DNA of 63,424 nucleotides, filler included, from Octopus bimaculoides (taxonomy: Eukaryota), in NCBI RefSeq assembly GCF_001194135.2. It is 6 parts of 6 records of this genome, joined end to end, with 100 filler letters (N's around TTAATTAATTAA, not from the genome) between each part and the next. Parts side by side here need not be neighbours in the genome. Positions count along the whole stretch, not along the records: positions 37,395 to 56,690 come from NC_068995.1; 5 more parts are not named here. One strand, given 5' to 3'. Under the pieces are notes generated by a model. That model saw nothing but the letters and a program-made list of their open reading frames with translations. It ran no database searches and was not told the origin of the DNA. Position numbers and translations under genes: made by a program. Position 1 is the stretch's first letter; every line of letters begins with the position of its first letter. Shown piece by piece: positions 38,038 to 53,590 of the stretch.

Positions 38038-41000
38038 CTGGCGAATAGAGGAACAAAAAGAAACATATATATAATAATCGATTAATGAAACAGAAGATGG
38101 ATTTGGTATTCGTCTTTATTCCGTACGACGATCGTTTCGATCCATCCTGCGACTGTTCTTTATGGTTGGAATGATGTGAATCATTGTGTTGCATTGTGTT
38201 CATTAATCGCTTATTATCTCAACTAATACTGCGGAATTCCTGAAGCAAATCCAACGGACTTATACCAACTTCGGATGACACAAGGTAGCCCATACTGTGC
38301 TAGTGCTTTACTCAGCACATCAACACACTAATTGACAAATACTCATTAGTCCCCAAAATTTATACAGGACCATAGGAATAGCAAATTACTGAGCAAGCAT
38401 AACTTAAGAGTCTCATTTAACTGTGTGTGTAGCATATAAAAAAAATTAGGGCATGCCCCAAGATGTCGAGTAGAGATAGGATGCTTATTTAGCGTTAACT
38501 GTGAGTACCAAGTGAATGGTCAATGTAACACAGGCGGTGACCTACGAAACGGAGGTAGTTTTTTCCAGCAACAGCAATAACATCCCCTCCCCACACACAC
38601 ATCGTATGTTGGTAAATTCTTTTAGAAACCGAAGCGTTACAACGTTAGCCAGCTTTATATGGTGATTACAACACATCAACTGGAAACTGTGTGAACGGGT
38701 AGGACCATATTTGAATGGATATACACGTTGCAAGCTTTGATCGAGTGCTTTCTAAACTTAAAATGCCATTATTTCGTTGATGCCCTAATGAGCAGAAATT
38801 CGTTTTGGCAAATTGGTCGTCCCAATTTTCGGGCAAGAGAACAGCCTATGTACACACACAGCTGAAACCCTTCGGTTATAGCCACCACCGACCTATGGGA
38901 AGCAATTCTTCGGTTACAGATTATACCGATCCGCGGGAGATAACTCTTTTGTTCCAGTCTGGAAAATATAACTTTTGACCACATTTTCGTTCCGGTTCTT
39001 TTTACCATCACCAGAAAAACCAGTACTATATATATATATATATATTACTAATAATAATATGGCAACAAAAGAATGAATGAGACCTCGATATTATGTAAAT
39101 AGAGGAATTCATCTATAAATATATAATATAGGACAATCAGTTAGTTGTCATAATATGACAACTAACTGATTATCCTATNNNNNNNNNNNNNNNNNNNNNN
39201 NNNNNNNNNNNNNNNNNNNNNNNNNNNNNNNNNNNNNNNNNNNNNNNNNNNNNNNNNNNNNNNNNNNNNNNNNNNNNNNNNNNNNNNNNNNNNNNNNNNN
39301 NNNNNNNNNNNNNNNNNNNNNNNNNNNNNNNNNNNNNNNNNNNNNNNNNNNNNNNNNNNNNNNNNNNNNNNNNNNNNNNNNNNNNNNNNNNNNNNNNNNN
39401 NNNNNNNNNNNNNNNNNNNNNNNNNNNNNNNNNNNNNNNNNNNNNNNNNNNNNNNNNNNNNNNNNNNNNNNNNNNNNNNNNNNNNNNNNNNNNNNNNNNN
39501 NNNNNNNNNNNNNNNNNNNNNNNNNNNNNNNNNNNNNNNNNNNNNNNNNNNNNNNNNNNNNNNNNNNNNNNNNNNNNNNNNNNNNNNNNNATTCTGTAGT
39601 CAAACTCTCCTTTTTCTTTATATCATATTATCAAGATTCTGTTCCCCTATATCGAATGGATGTAAGCGTCTATAACGACTACTGGAACTTAATAAGTGTT
39701 AACACTAATCCTAACACAAATTAGTGAATTCCAAATATATTAATCGATACAGAGCTAACGGGCGTACGCTTGGATAAGATACATCCTCGTGAAAGAGCAA
39801 TTTCCATTAGAAACTTTACATGTATGTATGTATGTATGTATGTATGTATGTATGTATGTATGTATGTATGTATGTATGTATGTATGTATACATATATGCA
39901 TACATATATACAGATACAAACAGATAGCTAAACACCCTGCAGCTTTTATAAAAACTCCCGCTTCACTTACCACAGAGAAATTACTGGAAGCTTTTGTGTC
40001 CGCAAACCTCAAACTTTCGTAAGCTATTATCCATGGCATTTCCTGCAGTTTTCGCTCCAAATTCATTTTTCTTGGAAAAGTAAGAAGAAACACAGACCAA
40101 TGTGATAACAATTGTAGAACACTCCATGCAACGTATAACAACACAACATATTCAGAAATTTTTATTTCCTCTTCATAACCAAAGTTTAATTAATTAGCAA
40201 TTATTTCTAATTTAGGCTCAAGGCCAGCAATTTAGAAGAAACGATGTTAATCAATATTATCGATTCCAGTACCTAATGGGTGTTCTATTTTATCTACCTC
40301 GGAAGGAGATGATCTCGGCGAGATTTGAACTTAGAACGTAAACAGCTAGAACAAACATAATAAGGAATTTTGTCCGATGGTCTAACAAATTTGCCGTTTT
40401 ATGGCTTCAGGGAGTAATAATAGTGATAGCCAGAAATCTTCAATGAGGAATAGAGTCAGTTAAACCGAATCTGAATCGTTGATTGACGATCCAGCTATCG
40501 TTATTTGAGCTTGAACGAATACCGTTACGCTCTTCAAGCTAGCTTGATGACTGCACTATCTGAACATAAAACTTGAAGTAGCTCGCGTATACTGTTTGTA
40601 TTCATAAAATTACACATGCACACATATATACGCACGTACACACATACATACTTATGTGTGTGTACACACATATATATCCGGATTGAAGAGCAAATGACTC
40701 ACCATTAGCCAATAGCTGCCAGACGAAGGTAAGCATTTGGGCAAGCTTTTAAGGAACGAAAAAAATCAGAAAAACAACCAGCTACAACTCACCTGCGGAG
40801 GTAGAAAGCAATTGGAGCGATGACGATTATTAGTATTGTAGGTATTATGATCAATAATATTTCCTGCACTGTACAATGGAAAATAAGGGATATCATGCAT
40901 AACGTATATAAATACATCCAGAGACAAAAAAACTATACAGATAGGTATAAAGATGTACATGCACACACATCTCCGATCTTCTGGTGTGCATACATAAATA

Positions 41001-41395
41001 CGTACATACATACATTCATACATACACACATACATACATCCTTATTACATACATACACACCCGCACGCGTATATGTATGTATGTATATATATACATATAC
41101 ATATACATATATATGGTCTTCCTCGGTTACGAGTGGACGGCCATCATGTATATATATAAACATATGTCTCTACATATGTTTAAGTGTACAGAAAGTATTA
41201 ACATTGGAAAAATATAAACGTCTGTAGGAAATGAAATGATGAGTTTTGAGGGGAAGAAGCCCCTTTATTCTTACACACACGCACACACTCACGCAGACAC
41301 ACACATATATATACGTATATACTATACAATATACATATATGTATAAGTATGCATACATATAAACAAATGATATCTCTATATATATGTATACGTAA

Positions 41396-41430
<35 letters not shown>

Positions 41431-41442
41431 TGTCTGTATGCA

Positions 41443-41504
<62 letters not shown>

Positions 41505-41751
41505 TCTATATNNNNNNNNNNNNNNNNNNNNNNNNNNNNNNNNNNNNNNNNNNNAACCATATGTAAATGGTTGGCGATTTTCTTCCTCCGTCTTCCTATT
41601 TCTATTGGATTTTCCTCTGTTCCTGAAGAAGAGCTCTGTACGAAACGTTAAACCATCTTTCTTTCCTTCCCTGAGCGTCTGCTAATACTTTTCATGTACC
41701 ACGTTCTCACGTTGTAGTTTTTCTGTGTTTGTTCTTTGTTTATATATACAT

Positions 41752-41785
<34 letters not shown>

Positions 41786-44700
41786 ACGCACACACACATA
41801 TATGTATGCATGTATGTATATGTATATGTAAATACAACAGGTTATTAATTCTTTTTACATTATACACACACGCACACATATACAGACACAGACACACATA
41901 TCGGCCAAGTGAGAGATGTAGAGAGAAAGAGAGAAACAAGAAGACAACGAAAGAGAGAATAAAGAATAGAAACTTACGTTTACTTTCTGGACATTTTTCA
42001 TTGGAGAATCCACAGATTGGAGTGTCCGCTGGGGGTTGACCAGATTCAGATGGCCACTCAATATTCTGAATAACTTCCACTTTCTAAGATTATATATATA
42101 TATATAATCTTAGAAAGTGGAAGTNNNNNNNNNNNNNNNNNNNNNNNNNNNNNNNNNNNNNNNNNNNNNNNNNNNNNNNNNNNNNNNNNNNNNNNNNNNN
42201 NNNNNNNNNNNNNNNNNNNNNNNNNNNNNNNNNNNNNNNNNNNNNNNNNNNNNNNNNNNNNNNNNNNNNNNNNNNNNNNNNNNNNNNNNNNNNNNNNNNN
42301 NNNNNNNNNNNNNNNNNNNNNNNNNNNNNNNNNNNNNNNNNNNNNNNNNNNNNNNNNNNNNNNNNNNNNNNNNNNNNNNNNNNNNNNNNNNNNNNNNNNN
42401 NNNNNNNNNNNNNNNNNNNNNNNNNNNNNNNNNNNNNNNNNNNNNNNATATATATACATACATACATATATATGTATTTATATATATATAAATAAATACA
42501 AGATGGGACAAGAGCGCAAAACATGCAGACAGTTAGGTGATACAAGAAAGGGACAACAAAACATCCAGATAGATGATACAAAGAAAACAAGGACGAGTGT
42601 GTCTGTGTATATATATATATATATAATTATTATTTTGTTATATATATCATTGTAAATATTTTGTAATATGTAAATTTAAACCAAATAATATATCTATGTC
42701 GTCGAAAAATAAAAAAAGAAAGTAAACGGTGAAGAGAAAATGGAGAAACTGATTAATTCAAGTGCAAATCTATTTAGATATTTGTTTCTCTGCATTACAC
42801 AGACCCTCCCCTGTTACTCCCATTATTCTTAGTACAGTGGATCTGGAATTGTCTAAATGGGAACCTGTAACCAACCGTTCACGAATGTTCGATATAAAAT
42901 AAACATTAATTTAAAAACAATTTTCTCGTCTTGCTCAATAATACCACCAGCTTAAATATTCAATCTAGAACCACAGTTTCTGCATTATCGTCCATTCAAC
43001 CATCTATCGTGAGGGTAGAGTCTTCAGGCACCTCACCCATAGGGTCCAATCAGAAGCAACTGTCTTTGCGCTTTCCGACAGGATTCTTATGGGCAACGAA
43101 CTGAGACTTTGGATATTACCCAGCCATCTCGTTCTTGGTCTACTTTTAGGTCTCCTTCAGGTTGTTTTGGCTTGAAGAATCCCTCTTGTGATTCTTGTGA
43201 TTCTTCCCTGTGACATTCTAATGAAGTATCGGAGCTGTGACCTCTGCATGCGGTGAAGTAGTGGCATACCTTGGAGAAACTCCCTGGTCGCTGAGATACA
43301 CGTATGCACCCTTCGACTAACGTTTCTCCAAGGACCCTTCAAAAGAACCCTGTTCTGGCCACTTGCATGCGTGATCGTACTCTTTCGACTCGTACTCAAC
43401 ATTCGTGACTATAAGTGAGGATAGGCATGAAAACTGAATGGAAGATAATGAGTTTGGCTCTTTCACCAATCTCTCTTTTTCTGAGAATCGAATTCAGGAT
43501 CTGGCAATTTTTCTGTGCCAGGACAGTGCAATTCTAGCATCCAGTTCCACTTCCTGCCTTCCATCACTCGGGAATACGGCCCCGAGATACTTAAATACCT
43601 CTATCAATACCCAGAAAAATGAGAAAGTGATCATTTACCCGTTGGGATTCACTGGTCATGTATATTTCTATGACTTTTTCAAATCTGTTAGGATCAGCTT
43701 TGTAGGACCACAATGCGTAATCTGGCTCTCGGTCAGCATTTTCGTCCAGTTTCACATTTCCTGTTATACCTATAATAAAAAGGTCACGCAGGAGGATACA
43801 TACATACATGCATACATACATACATATTACACCCACACATCTAAGTAGTAGCGGTCTTTGCGATGTAGGGAATCAACTCAGTAGCACTTTATCTGAATAT
43901 TTGGCTAACTAAGTACTACCAGCAACATTCAATGTCCATCAACCAATCAATAGAACAAGTGCTATCATATTAACTAGTTAACTCATCACGTTAATCTCAA
44001 TGTGAATCCAATGTTCGTGACAAGATACTGCCCATTTGTCGAAGGGTAAAATATAATGATATAATGAAATGAAAGTATTATAATAAATGAATATGAATTG
44101 AGATTAATGTGAGTTTTGATTTTGCAATGATGTCTGACGAAGTGATCTGGTTGTTTTATCCTATTATGTAATATACTAATAAGCATATAAATAGCTATTC
44201 TATGGAAACGTACATGACATTATTGAATAATTGACTCCATATTGATTATACACGCACGCACACGCATATGTTTACAATGAAAACAAAAATATTTCGACAA
44301 GCACAGTTACCTTTGAATTGCTTTGTTATGGCTGTATGGAACATGAGAGTTCCATTTCTGCAGTTCAATCCCTTATCTAATGTGTCGTTAAGTGTCAAAA
44401 TATATAAATAAACCACGTCGTGAAGAAATGGAGAATACATGGAACCCTGAAATAAAGAGAATACCAGCAGAATGAAGTAGACTTTCATGCGTGTGCATGT
44501 GCAAATATTTGCACGTATATCTATTTTATTTTATGAATGTGTGTGTGTGTGTGTATGTGTGTGTGTGTGTATATGTGTGTATTGTATCGTTGTATGTATG
44601 TATGTATGCATGTATGTATGTATGTGTGTATTTGCTCTTGTCTGCATTTAGATCCATGGATATGCATATACGTATGTGCGTATTTTGTGCGTGTATTGCG

Positions 44701-46702
44701 CGCGCGCGCGCATATATATATGTATAAGTATGCGTGCATATATGTATATGCGTGTACATATATATATCTATATATATATATGTATATGTATATATATATA
44801 TACATATATATAAGTATATATNNNNNNNNNNNNNNNNNNNNNNNNNNNNNNNNNNNNNNNNNNNNNNNNNNNNNNNNNNNNNNNNNNNNNNNNNNNNNNN
44901 NNNNNNNNNNNNNNNNNNNNNNNNNNNNNNNNNNNNNNNNNNNNNNNNNNNNNNNNNNNNNNNNNNNNNNNNNNNNNNNNNNNNNNNNNNNNNNNNNNNN
45001 NNNNNNNNNNNNNNNNNNNNNNNNNNNNNNNNNNNNNNNNNNNNNNNNNNNNNNNNNNNNNNNNNNNNNNNNNNNNNNNNNNNNNNNNNNNNNNNNNNNN
45101 NNNNNNNNNNNNNNNNNNNNNNNNNNNNNNNNNNNNNNNNNNNNNNNNNNNNNNNNNNNNNNNNNNNNNNNNNNNNNNNNNNNNNNNNNNNNNNNNNNNN
45201 NNNNNNNNNNAATATATATATAAATACATACACACACATATATATATTTAAATATATATACATATACGCACACATACATTTGTATTTATGCGCGCGCGCA
45301 TGTGTATTTGCACCTGTGTGTGTACTAATATCATTTCAATAATTTCTCCCAGTAGGGGAGACAAATCTGGTTATATCTCGATCTTATTCAATCACGTCGA
45401 ATATAAAAGCTAACAATTTATTCTCACCTACTCCACAACTAGGAAAACGAAGATCTTGAATATAGCGCTTTAGATGTAATACACCTGATCAACGATTTAG
45501 ATATTGTATTCCTGTTTGGGAAATTCACCATCACTTACCAGAATTCCATTCTCCAAGGCTTTTGTATAATTCCAAGGAGGCTGTGTCAGTGCGAGTGGAA
45601 TTTCCTTAATAAAATCTTCATTGGAACCTTTAAGAACACTGAGCTGTAAAATAGAGATATATACATAAATTCACACACACACGCATATATATATATATAA
45701 ATTAGATTAAATATATTTATGGAAAAAAAATGATTTTTTTTTCTTATGAGGAAAAAAAGTCTTTATCNNNNNNNNNNNNNNNNNNNNNNNNNNNNNNNNN
45801 NNNNNNNNNNNNNNNNNNNNNNNNNNNNNNNNNNNNNNNNNNNNNNNNNNNNNNNNNNNNNNNNNNNNNNNNNNNNNNNNNNNNNNNNNNNNNNNNNNNN
45901 NNNNNNNNNNNNNNNNNNNNNNNNNNNNNNNNNNNNNNNNNNNNNNNNNNNNNNNNNNNNNNNNNNNNNNNNNNNNNNNNNNNNNNNNNNNNNNNNNNNN
46001 NNNNNNNNNNNNNNNNNNNNNNNNNNNNNNNNNNNNNNNNNNNNNNNNNNNNNNNNNNNNNNNNNNNNNNNNNNNNNNNNNNNNNNNNNNNNNNNNNNNN
46101 NNNNNNNNNNNNNNNNNNNNNNNCTACTACTACTACTACTACTACTACTACCAACATCACCACCACCAGCATCACCACCACCACCACCAGTATCACCACC
46201 ACCACCAGTTCCACCACTTCCAGTTCTATTACAACTACCACCACCAGCACCTTCTCCATCCTCCTTATCCTTTCCGTTCTTACTATCTTCTTATCACCTA
46301 CCATTACCGTCTCCACTCCCACCGGCCATCTCCACTCCCACCTTTTATCACCTCCAGCACCAACCACATTATTCCTAATTTCTTTTCGTGTTGACCGTCA
46401 ACTAATTTTAATAGCTACCTGATTATCAACCTAATCATAGAGTATAGTAAATTAAGACCCATTGTCCTCTGTCAGATCTTTAGTGATGGCCATTATATTG
46501 CGGTTTCGAAGTTACAAAAATACACCTGAGGTAGGTGTGAAGTGTGTTGCGTAATTTGTCTGTGTGTGTGTGTGTGTGTGTGTATGTGATGTGCGGGTGA
46601 TGGTGTGTGTTGTATATAAGCCTATTTTCTATGTCTTGTTTTACTTATGGTTATTGCCTGTTATGTATGTTGTGCGTGCGTGTTGTGTATATATATATAT
46701 AT

Positions 46703-46757
<55 letters not shown>

Positions 46758-49700
46758 TTACTTATGGTTGTTGTGTGTTATGTATGATGTGTGTTGTATT
46801 CATGTTATGTGAATACACACACACACGCATACACACGCACACACACACACACACACACATCTGTGCGTATGTGTGTGTATGGGGGGTACTATCAGTGATA
46901 GCGTGATCCAATAATCCTTCTAATCAGTTACGTGTTTAATTATTGATGCCTTAATAAGCCAGATTTTTGGACAATAATCTTGATCTTTGTTGCGATCAAA
47001 TCTTTACTACCTCGTGCTGATTTAGTCCAGTTTAACTGAGACCGATAGCGTTATTAACAGAATTTGAAAAGACATACTTTGTAACGTCGTCGTAATTCAC
47101 AGTAATCCTTCTTGTTCTTCTTGTTCTTCTTCTTGTTCTTCTTGTTCTTCTTGTTCTTCTTGTTCTTGTTCTTCTTGTTCTTCTTGTTCTTGTTCTTCTT
47201 GTTCTTCTTCTTGTTCTTCTTGTTCTTCTTGTTCTTCTTGTTCTTGTTCTTCTTGTTCTTCTTGTTCNNNNNNNNNNNNNNNNNNNNNNNNNNNNNNNNN
47301 NNNNNNNNNNNNNNNNNNNNNNNNNNNNNNNNNNNNNNNNNNNNNNNNNNNNNNNNNNNNNNNNNNNNNNNNNNNNNNNNNNNNNNNNNNNNNNNNNNNN
47401 NNNNNNNNNNNNNNNNNNNNNNNNNNNNNNNNNNNNNNNNNNNNNNNNNNNNNNNNNNNNNNNNNNNNNNNNNNNNNNNNNNNNNNNNNNNNNNNNNNNN
47501 NNNNNNNNNNNNNNNNNNNNNNNNNNNNNNNNNNNNNNNNNNNNNNNNNNNNNNNNNNNNNNNNNNNNNNNNNNNNNNNNNNNNNNNNNNNNNNNNNNNN
47601 NNNNNNNNNNNNNNNNNNNNNNNNNNNNNNNNNNNNNNNNNNNNNNNNNNNNNNNNNNNNNNNNNNNNNNNNNNNNNNNNNNNNNNNNNNNNNNNNNNNN
47701 NNNNNNNNNNNNNNNNNNNNNNNNNNNNNNNNNNNNNNNNNNNNNNNNNNNNNNNNNNNNNNNNNNNNNNNNNNNNNNNNNNNNNNNNNNNNNNNNNNNN
47801 NNNNNNNNNNNNNNNNNNNNNNNNNNNNNNNNNNNNNNNNNNNNNNNNNNNNNNNNNNNNNNNNNNNNNNNNNNNNNNNNNNNNNNNNNNNNNNNNNNNN
47901 NNNNNNNNNNNNNNNNNNNNNNNNNNNNNNNNNNNNNNNNNNNNNNNNNNNNNNNNNNNNNNNNNNNNNNNNNNNNNNNNNNNNNNNNNNNNNNNNNNNN
48001 NNNNNNNNNNNNNNNNNNNNNNNNNNNNNNNNNNNNNNNNNNNNNNNNNNNNNNNNNNNNNNNNNNNNNNNNNNNNNNNNNNNNNNNNNNNNNNNNNNNN
48101 NNNNNNNNNNNNNNNNNNNNNNNNNNNNNNNNNNNCTCCTCCTCCTTCTCCTCCTCCTTCTCCTCCTCCTTTCGCATCTCCTTTCCGACATATTATTAGA
48201 GACGGCAATATCAAACCTACCCTCAGCAGTTAACTGGTACTTTAGATAAATGTCGACGAGTCGACAAGGCATTCCACTATTAGTCATTGGCAAATCGCAG
48301 TGACCTAGGCTCCTAGGCAGATTGCCTTCACAGCAGCCGTAGTAACAAAACGATGTGTTCTATGACATTGTTACAAGTTTATGATGTTGTCACACACACA
48401 CACAAAACACACATGCACGTACACACACATGTACGCACACACACACATATATATATATACGACGGGCTTCTTTCAATTTCCTTCTATCAAATCTACACAT
48501 AAGGTTTTGGTCGGCCCGAGGCTATTGTAGAAGACACTTGCTCAAGGTGCCACGCAGTGGAACTGAACCCGGCCCCATGTGGTTAAGAAGCAAGCTTTTT
48601 ACCACGCAGTCACGCCTGTGCCTATGTGTATATATATATATATATATATATTTTCATTTACAAATGCACGCATATACATTTATGTACATAGCACACACAC
48701 ACACACATACACATTGTTTCACATCCCTTCACATTCTTAGCGTCTTACTTGAAACAGTGATTTGTAAGCCTCTTTCAAGTCCAGGTTGGTGTTGTTCTGA
48801 TGCTGCCACGGCCTGCGGATAATGCTGTCCAAGTGCTTATAATTGAAGAATACATAGGAACCGTCTGTCATACCACGTTGGCGAGCACGGAGAAAGATCT
48901 GCCTTTCATCTCTTTGGTTCTCCGTGCAGATGAGAACGACTAAAATGTAAAGGGAAAGTTAGTGTAAGGTATCGTGAGTTAGGTGTCCATGGTGTCAAAT
49001 GTGTTATAAATAAGATGACGAATGGAGACTATGTAGAAAAGGGAAAGTAAGGACATAGCTGAAACGGATAGTGGAAACGAGAGGGAGAGAGAAAGATAGG
49101 GGGAAGGACAGATGGAGGGAGAGAGAAGAAGAATGAAGGAGGGACAAAGTAGAGGGAACTGAAGAATAGAGAGGGAGAGATGGATAGAAGAAGAGAATAG
49201 GATAGAATGAGAGAAGAGGAGAGAAGGCGAAAGAGAATTATATAAATATATCGATACATTGATATATTGAACGACAGACTCAAAAAACATTAGATTAATA
49301 GTGATGAAGATGACGAAACATGCATGCATACATACATACATACATACATACATACATACACACTCCGCCTAAATACCAATCTTGAGGAATTAGGCTTCCC
49401 AAAATTAGAAAGGAGAAAGCTAATTCGAAGACTGCAGATCCAATCCATCACTGGAACTGTAAAAATCTGTAGAACTTTACAGAAGTTTATCATTTAAATA
49501 TATATGAGCATGTCTAGACATGCAAGTATATACATGAGAATACATACGTGAAACAAAACATACAAATCTTCACATATACATACATTTATGCATGCATACA
49601 TGCATACATACATACATACATACATACATACATACATACATACATACAAATCTGACTTAATCTGTGTCGAGGAAATTTTTATACTTGCTCAGCATGAAAC

Positions 49701-50037
49701 TTAAGTAACAAACCGTAGCTATTAAAGGTCGTTTAATAACACATATACATGCACACATACAAATAACATATATATATATATACAGCCCTTAATCACATTC
49801 ATACACCTATAGTTACTGCATTCATATACAAACACATCTTTAACTTCAACTTGGTTTAGTCATTGGAGTGCGGTCATGCCGGAGAAGTTTTAGTCGAATG
49901 AATCGATCCCAGTACTTAGGATTTGTTAAGTCTGGTACTTATTCCATCGGTCTTTTTTTTACCGACCGCTAAGTTACGAGAATGTAGACAAACTAACACC
50001 AGCTGTCAAGCGCTGGTGTGGGATAAACACACACCCA

Positions 50038-50088
<51 letters not shown>

Positions 50089-50299
50089 GTATGGATCAAA
50101 ACAGTTTGATTCAAATTCGTTGCTATTCCGAGGGGTTTCAGGCGTGATGCTAATTTTCAGCCATATTGAATTTGAATGAGAGAGGTTGATTGTTATTACC
50201 GTAACTTCTATTATTCAAATTCAATATGGCTGAAGGTTAACATCAGGCTTGAAACTCTCAGAGTACCACACACACACACACACACATACATACATACAT

Positions 50300-50334
<35 letters not shown>

Positions 50335-51636
50335 AATACAAGGTTGAATAATTAACTCCATACTTCTCCCGCGCTCGGAAATCATGTCCAGCAGGTCATC
50401 AATGGCCGTGTCAGACAAATCATCGGAGACCAGCTGCCAGTCACCAACGGTCATGTTGTTCTTGCGCATCGCTTCGTCTACAGATCGTGCAGCATAGTCA
50501 CAAAATACATTCAGTTGGTCAATCTTTCGCCGGGACACGATCACAATGCGTGACCATTTGAAATATTTACAGAGCTGGACGAAAGCACCACCTAACTTGT
50601 TCAAGGTGGGAGCTATCCGTACTAAGGTAGAGAACACTTTCTTGTCGACCAGAACCGGGTCAGTCGACGCATGCGTGAACATTGGTAGATTCCAGAAAGA
50701 TGAAAGTAGCCCGGCCGATTTGGTGGCTAGTGGGTAAGAAAAAGGTACATTGAATTCGTATTATTATACATTGTATGTGTTTATGTTCATGTGTATGCGT
50801 GTGTATATGTGCATGTATGCATGTATTTATATTTATTTATAAGTAGATATGGGTATGAATATAAGTATATCATATATATTATATGCACACACGCATGTAT
50901 ACACACACACACATTGGGTCATCCCATGAATAATGCGGTTTATTCACTTACATGAATTAAAAGTCAGAGAGAGACGAGATAAACTACCTGCATCAACTTG
51001 CTATAAAAGCAGGTAATAATTTTATCTTGTGCTTATTCTTAGTGCAAGTTTTGAAGAGTGCAGTTCGATTTTAACAGTTATTTTTTCAAAGCTATACTGG
51101 AAGTGACAAAAGAGCATATTCGATATATTTTGCTTTATCATTTCAATAAAGGCAACAACGCAACGGAAAATGCTAGGAATATTAATGCAGTATATGGGAA
51201 TCGGACAATAAGCGTAAGCCAGTGTCAACGGTGGTCCCAGTAATTCCGAGTCGGAAACTACAGCCTAGAAGACAAGCCTAATCCTGGAAGATCTGTAAAG
51301 CTCGATGAAAATGTCCTGCAAACCCTGGTTGAACAAAATCTCATCGTAACTGCTGAGGAACTAGCAGAAGAACTTGGATTTGGTTATTCAACCATTGATC
51401 GATACCTGCGTGCCATCGGAAAAGTCAGCAAATTGGGTCACTGGCGATTAAGTCGATTACATCGACCCCAGTGCGAAACTGGTACTTAATTTATCGACCC
51501 CGAAAGGATGAAAAGCAAAGTCGACCTCGGCGGAATTTGAACTCAGAACGTAACGGCAGACGAAATACCGCTAAACATTTCGCCCGGCGCGCTAACGTTT
51601 CTGCCAGCTCACCGCCTTATCCTTCAATTCTATTAA

Positions 51637-51684
<48 letters not shown>

Positions 51685-52150
51685 GCACGCGCACACATGC
51701 ATACGATCATAGATACACTATATACCATACATGTGTACGTATATACATATGCATACATGTATATATTTGCTAAGTCATCCATAAAAGCATTCTAAAATAT
51801 TTCCCATTTGAATCTACTGTTTAGTTTTATGTACAAGTCCAATGTATGCATATATACAAGAATATACACCGCACCATATATTTTAGTACAACCCAAATTG
51901 AAATGAGATATCTTATCCGTTAATTCTGTTACAAGAAGATATATTTAATAAATTTGAAAGAAAACTTAAGAAAAATACGTTCATACAGGGAAAATTAAAC
52001 AAATATGGAGACACTCACATGTTGAACATGGCGGCCCAATCACGGCATCTACTCTATCTTTGTCTCGTAACAGCACTAAATTACCGACTCCTTGTTTAGC
52101 ATTGCACTTGTCATCTCGATAATGGAGGCTAAATCAACGATAAGAAAAGA

Positions 52151-52183
<33 letters not shown>

Positions 52184-53557
52184 TGTATGTATGTATGTAT
52201 GTATGTATATATATATCCATATACATACACACCCATTTTTTATATTTTGTGTACTACACAGCGTAGTAGGGTCAGTTGGGCACCGTTAGTGAGAAAAACA
52301 GTACCATGACGCAATTCACTCTGCCAGAAATTTGGAAACGACATGCTGTACTGCTTGGCATTCGCACCGGAAGCTCCAAATACGAACGTTTCAGAGTGTT
52401 TGGGTGTCAATCTGAGGACTGTGCAGAGGATTCGGAAAGAATTGGATGAGTCTAATGGTGATCATGAAGGTACGGCAGCTCGGAAAATTCACACTGATCG
52501 TTCTGATAAGAAAAGAACTGAATTTGTTGGTGAGGTCCAGGCCATGATTGACAATGATCCCTCCAAGTCAATCAGGACCATCGCAAGGGACATGGCAGAT
52601 AGTGCATTAAGACATTCGGTATTCCTCATAGAAGTCAAGAAAGGGTCAATTTTTATTCCAAGCCATCAAGGACAAGAGGAAAGACCGTGCTACGAAGCTT
52701 TTAAACAAACTCAAGCATTCTCTCCAACCGAACATGCTTTGGCTTTTCTCAGACGAAAAATTTTTTTGTCAGGATCAGATGGTGAACACAAAGAGCAACC
52801 GTTGGGTTGTAGTGTCCACAAAACATGTACTGAGAGTGATAAAAATCAAACATCCGGTCAACAACATGGTGTTTAGAGTGATCACTAGTGATGGCGACGT
52901 TATTCCTCCATTCATCTTCCCACATGGCTTCAGACTCAACACGGAGGCCTACATCAAGTGCCTGGAGGAGGTAGTGCTGCTCTGGGTCAAGAAGGTGGCT
53001 GCTGGAAGACCCTATGTCTGGCAACAGGACTCTGCACCATGCCACACAAACAAGGGAACCTAGTCATGGCTGTCAGACAATTTCTGCGCCTACATCACCC
53101 CTACCATCTGCAACCCCCTTGATTATTATGTATGGGGCGCAGTTGAGCGAGAGACATACAAAACTCCTTGTAACACCAAAGAGGAATTGAAGGTAAGGAT
53201 TATAGCACCATTCCCTAACTTAAACAAAGAGACCGTACAGAAGAGTTGCAGGAGATTCCGAAGTCGTCTGGAGGCCATGGTTGAAGCCAATGGCGATTTT
53301 ATTGAATAAATTTACTCTTTAGTATTTCAAGATATTTTTATGTAATTTTGTTAAATATATCTATTAAAATGAGATGTCAGTGTTATTTTCATTTCTGCGT
53401 AATTTAGACGATAGCTCATTCACCGCACCCTGTATGTATTATATTATATTATATTAAATTATGTTATATANNNNNNNNNNNNNNNNNNNNNNNNNNNNNN
53501 NNNNNNNNNNNNNNNNNNNNNNNNNNNNNNNNNNNNNNNNNNNNNNNNNNNNNNNNN

Positions 53558-53590
<33 letters not shown>

